From positions 1 to 19,320 of the forward strand of contig JAVZDR010000011.1 of NCBI GenBank assembly GCA_038873795.1: a DNA stretch of 19,320 nt. Direction: 5' to 3'. Position numbers and translations under genes: made by a program. This stretch comes from Candidatus Micrarchaeaceae archaeon. Its GTDB lineage: Archaea; Micrarchaeota; Micrarchaeia; Micrarchaeales; CABMGC01. The notes below the pieces were generated by a model. That model saw nothing but the letters and a program-made list of their open reading frames with translations. It was not told the DNA's origin and did not search any database. Position 1 is the stretch's first letter; each line of letters opens with the position of its first letter. Shown one piece after another: positions 16,564 to 19,320 of the stretch.

Positions 16564-16995
16564 ATGGAAGAGATAGTCATCGACGGCAGTGGAAAGGTGC
16601 TAGGCAGGCTCGCGAGCAGCGTAGCCAAGATGCTGCTTGAGGGCAAGAGAGTTGCACTTCTCAATGCGGAAAAGATACTTATAAGCGGAAGCAAGAGCGA
16701 TATAATAAAGAAATACAAGGCCAGGATAGAGCTCAAGGACAAGGCAAATCCGGAGCACTCGCCATACTGGTCGAGAAGGCCCGACCTTTTCGCAAAGCGC
16801 GTCATAAGAGGCATGCTTCCCTACAAAAAAGCAAGAGGGAAGAGCGCATACAGGCTTCTAAGGGTCTACATCGGCATCCCAAGCGCATACGCAAATGCAA
16901 GGCATGTCGAGATCGGAGGCAAAAATCCAAAGGAGATGCATGCTGATACTCTTACCATTGGAAGCTTGATGAGGCTGCTCGGTTATAAGGGATGA
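16564..16995 (+). CDS. rpl13: 50S ribosomal protein L13 (uL13)
   Basis: IDGSGKVLGRLAS, NAEKILISG, RVIRGMLP and LRVYIGIP motifs. Confidence 0.97.
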   Translation: MEEIVIDGSGKVLGRLASSVAKMLLEGKRVALLNAEKILISGSKSDIIKKYKARIELKDKANPEHSPYWSRRPDLFAKRVIRGMLPYKKARGKSAYRLLRVYIGIPSAYANARHVEIGGKNPKEMHADTLTIGSLMRLLGYKG

Positions 16996-17513
16996 GGATG
17001 GAAGAGGCAGATGCAAATGCTGAAGGGCAGGCCGTTGCGCAGCAGCAGCCCGTAGTGCAGGCCAAGAAGCCTAGGCAGGCTTCACCTAGGAGGAGAAAAG
17101 CAAAGCCCATGGTCATACTTACAAAAGGCAAGAGGAAGAGTGCAGTAGCAAGGGTCAGGCTCATCAAAGGTACAGGAAAGGTCAGGATAAATGGCAGAGA
17201 TATTGCAACGATAAATCCCAAAGAGATAAGGGACCTAATGCTTGAGCCTATAAACTTCTCAGGGATTACAAGGCAGATAGCAGCTAGCTATGACATAAGC
17301 GTAAACGTGCACGGCGGCGGGCTAAGTGGCGAGGCCCAGGCCGTAAGGACGGCAATAGCAAAGGCAATAGCCGCAGCAGCAAATTCAGACGTTGTGGCCA
17401 AGGCTTACATGAAGCATGACAGAACGCTGCTCATAGACGATGCAAGGAGGGTAGAGCCCAAGAAGTTCCTCGGGCCAAAGGCAAGGGCGAGGTTCCAAAC
17501 CTCATACAGGTAA
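16992..17513 (+). CDS. rps9: 30S ribosomal protein S9 (uS9) with an N-terminal extension
   Basis: GKRKSAVARV, VHGGGLSGEAQAVR and DARRVEPKKFLGPKARARFQTSYR motifs. Start at 16992 or 16998. Confidence 0.97.
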   Translation: MRMEEADANAEGQAVAQQQPVVQAKKPRQASPRRRKAKPMVILTKGKRKSAVARVRLIKGTGKVRINGRDIATINPKEIRDLMLEPINFSGITRQIAASYDISVNVHGGGLSGEAQAVRTAIAKAIAAAANSDVVAKAYMKHDRTLLIDDARRVEPKKFLGPKARARFQTSYR

Positions 17514-17528
17514 CGCTTTGGTGATAGA

Positions 17529-17729
17529 ATGATGATACCGGTTAGGTGCTTTTCATGCGGCCAGGTGATAGCAGACAAATGGGAGGAATATGACAGGAGG
17601 GTCAACAAAGGCAAAGAGAATGCTGAGAAAGTCTTCGACGAACTTGGCGTCAAGAGATACTGCTGCAGGCGCATGCTCCTTAGCCACGTTGACCTGATTG
17701 ACGAGATAATGGCGCATGGAAGGATTTAG
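17529..17729 (+). CDS. rpoN: DNA-directed RNA polymerase subunit N (Rpo10)
   Basis: [11 protein letters not shown] and [15 protein letters not shown] motifs. GGTGA SD. Confidence 0.98.
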   Translation: MMIPVRCFSCGQVIADKWEEYDRRVNKGKENAEKVFDELGVKRYCCRRMLLSHVDLIDEIMAHGRI

Positions 17730-17768
17730 AAAGTAATAAAAACATGCTCAAAGGAATAGTAATCCATT

Positions 17769-17855
17769 GGGGTCGTCTGCTAGCTTGGTTAGGCTCTGTG
17801 CTTAGGGGGCACATGACCCGAGAAGATTTCGGGAATTCAAATCTCGGCGACCCCG
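17769..17855 (+). tRNA. tRNA-Pro(AGG) with a 13-nt intron at position 53/54 (17823-17835)
   Basis: GGGGTCG/CGACCCC acceptor stem and TGTGC-TT AGG GG-GCACA anticodon arm. Removing AAGATTTCGGGAA restores CCGAG-TTCAAAT-CTCGG. BHB junctions present. Confidence 0.9.
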
Positions 17856-17868
17856 CTTTGGTGAATCA

Positions 17869-18480
17869 ATGGAAAATGAACTCTTGGTTGATCAAAACCT
17901 GTATCTTGAGGCAGGCGTGCACATAGGCACAAAGATAAAGACGCCGAGCATGAAGAGGTTCATCTACAAGGTCAGGGAAGATGGCCTCTACCTTCTCAAT
18001 CTGCAGACTATAGATGAAAGGATAAGGCTTGCGGCAAGGATGCTAGCAAAGTATGAGCCCAATGAGATAGTTGTCACGGCATCAAGGGTCTATGCAATAG
18101 CCGCTGCATCAAAGTTTGCAGAAATAACAAAAGCCAGATTCATAGGAGGCAGGGTCTTGCCAGGTATCTTCACAAACCAGTACAGGGATGATTATTCAGA
18201 GCCATCAATTCTATTCGTGAATGACACGAGGAATGAGAGGCAGGCAATAAGGGAGGCGAACAAGACAAACATACCCGTTGTTGCGCTCTGCGACACAGAC
18301 AACTGGGTCAAGTATGTAGACCTGATAGTGCCATGCAACAACAAGGGCAGGAAGTCCCTAGCAATAATCTACTACCTCATATCAAGGGAATTCCTGAAGG
18401 AGAAAGGCTTGATAAAGTCTAACGAAGAATTCAACTACAAGATACAAGACTTCGAGGCTAAGGCTGAGATGAAGGCGTAG
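17869..18480 (+). CDS. rps2: 30S ribosomal protein S2 (uS2)
   Basis: YLEAGVHIGTK, FIYKVREDGL, IPVVALCDTD and PCNNKGRKSLA motifs. Confidence 0.97.
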   Translation: MENELLVDQNLYLEAGVHIGTKIKTPSMKRFIYKVREDGLYLLNLQTIDERIRLAARMLAKYEPNEIVVTASRVYAIAAASKFAEITKARFIGGRVLPGIFTNQYRDDYSEPSILFVNDTRNERQAIREANKTNIPVVALCDTDNWVKYVDLIVPCNNKGRKSLAIIYYLISREFLKEKGLIKSNEEFNYKIQDFEAKAEMKA

Positions 18481-18486
18481 TGATTG

Positions 18487-19020
18487 ATGGGCAAGATAAG
18501 GCTGCAGGCTGCTGTCGACTTCATGATGAGTTATGGCATAGCTATACTGATTATCACAATTGCTATAGGTATTATCTACAAGGTTGGAGTGCTTAACCCA
18601 AGCCTAACGCCGGTTTCATGCACGCCAGCACCTGGCTTTTCATGCGGCCTCTTCTCAATGAACAGGAGCGGCGCACTCTCAATAGAGCTGGCCCAGGCCA
18701 GCGGCGCGCCAATAATAATAAATGGCGTCGCATGCTCGAGCGGAATCAACCAGACGAGCATGTTGCCGGCATACGGCAACATTTACGTTACTTCTAATTC
18801 AGCATTTTATCCTGCAAATTCGTATCCGATAGCATTGGGCACTCTGCAGATGTACAGCGGCACAAGCTACACCTTCAAGGCATATTGCTACGGCGCGGGC
18901 GGCATAGCAACAGGCAGCTACGGCAATGTGTTCTTGGGTTATGTCTGGGTAAATTACACAGTGCAAGGCTATGGAAGGATAACGCAGCAGGTCGCAACAA
19001 TAACAGTAAAATACACCTGA
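18487..19020 (+). CDS. Type IV pilin-like protein with a class III signal peptide
   Basis: MGKIRL|QAAVDFMMSYGIAILIITIAIGII: basic leader, Q+1, acidic +5 (Asp) and a hydrophobic helix. Two Cys pairs and a beta-rich body with sequons. Confidence 0.75.
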   Translation: MGKIRLQAAVDFMMSYGIAILIITIAIGIIYKVGVLNPSLTPVSCTPAPGFSCGLFSMNRSGALSIELAQASGAPIIINGVACSSGINQTSMLPAYGNIYVTSNSAFYPANSYPIALGTLQMYSGTSYTFKAYCYGAGGIATGSYGNVFLGYVWVNYTVQGYGRITQQVATITVKYT

Positions 19021-19034
19021 TTTTTTGGGCGGGC

Positions 19035-19048
19035 AAAGCTTTTATATG
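19035..19048 (+). promoter_or_regulatory. BRE/TATA promoter of tRNA-Glu
   Basis: AAAGCTTTTATATG about 33 nt upstream of the tRNA 5' end. Confidence 0.6.
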
Positions 19049-19080
19049 GTTTGTGCACTATACAAATTGCATTTGCATTA

Positions 19081-19155
19081 GCTCTGATCGTCTAGTCCGG
19101 TTAAGGATACAGCCCTCTCGAGGCTGGGACCCGGGTTCAAATCCCGGCCAGAGCA
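19081..19155 (+). tRNA. tRNA-Glu(CTC)
   Basis: GCTCTGA/CCAGAGC acceptor stem, CAGCC-CT CTC GA-GGCTG anticodon arm, CCGGG-TTCAAAT-CCCGG T-arm. Confidence 0.95.
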
Positions 19156-19215
19156 TTCGTATTTTGCACTCTCTATTAAGCTTTTAATATTTTTATGCAT
19201 TATCAACATGAGACT

Positions 19216-19320
19216 ATGCAGAAGACAGGAGCAGGAAGTGTTTTGAAGCGCTCAAGGATTTTTAAAAGTGGGATAAACAGACGCGCAATGAAGGCTGCGC
19301 GAGAAAGCATAGCTCTTCTT
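19216..19320 (+). CDS. Possible 5' end of a gene running off the window
   Basis: ATG 19216 with an open frame to the window end (MQKTGAGSVLKRSRIF...). AAGCTTTTAATA TATA-like motif near 19178. Confidence 0.4.
   Translation, partial: MQKTGAGSVLKRSRIFKSGINRRAMKAARESIALL

Noticed and set aside
17744..17926. 60-aa ORF between rpoN and rps2 (possible rpoK)
   Set aside because: It overlaps tRNA-Pro and rps2 and has no Rpo6 motif.
18885..19187. 100-aa ORF across the pilin end and tRNA-Glu
   Set aside because: It overlaps a CDS in another frame and a tRNA gene.
1..19320. CRISPR array, transposase, integrase or att-site duplication next to the tRNAs
   Set aside because: No periodic repeats, terminal inverted repeats, recombinase motifs or duplicated tRNA 3' ends were seen.

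Overview
Archaeal chromosomal window. By inference it resembles a DPANN/Micrarchaeota (ARMAN-like) genome, based on the short non-canonical tRNA intron, dense gene packing, split ribosomal operons and a KxQ-type pilin signal. It holds three pieces of the translation/transcription superoperon: rpl1-rpl10-rpl12; rpl30-rpl15; and rpoD-tRNA-Leu-rpl18e-rpl13-rps9-rpoN-tRNA-Pro-rps2. Other genes are a TldD/TldE protease pair, a deoC remnant, an insertion-bearing dicluster ferredoxin, DUF373, a GT4 glycosyltransferase, a coiled-coil protein, a beta-CASP nuclease, a 46-aa Zn-ribbon protein, Trbp111/CsaA, ThpR, a pilin-like protein and four tRNAs. Main points of interest: (1) a tRNA-Pro with an A34 (AGG) anticodon and a 13-nt BHB intron at 53/54; (2) non-canonical bases in other tRNAs (C55, A7:C66), hinting at editing or relaxed constraint; (3) an L1-binding-site-like element covering the rpl1 SD; (4) an unexplained ~135-nt structured RNA candidate divergent from rpl1; (5) a CheD-like protein lacking catalytic residues.
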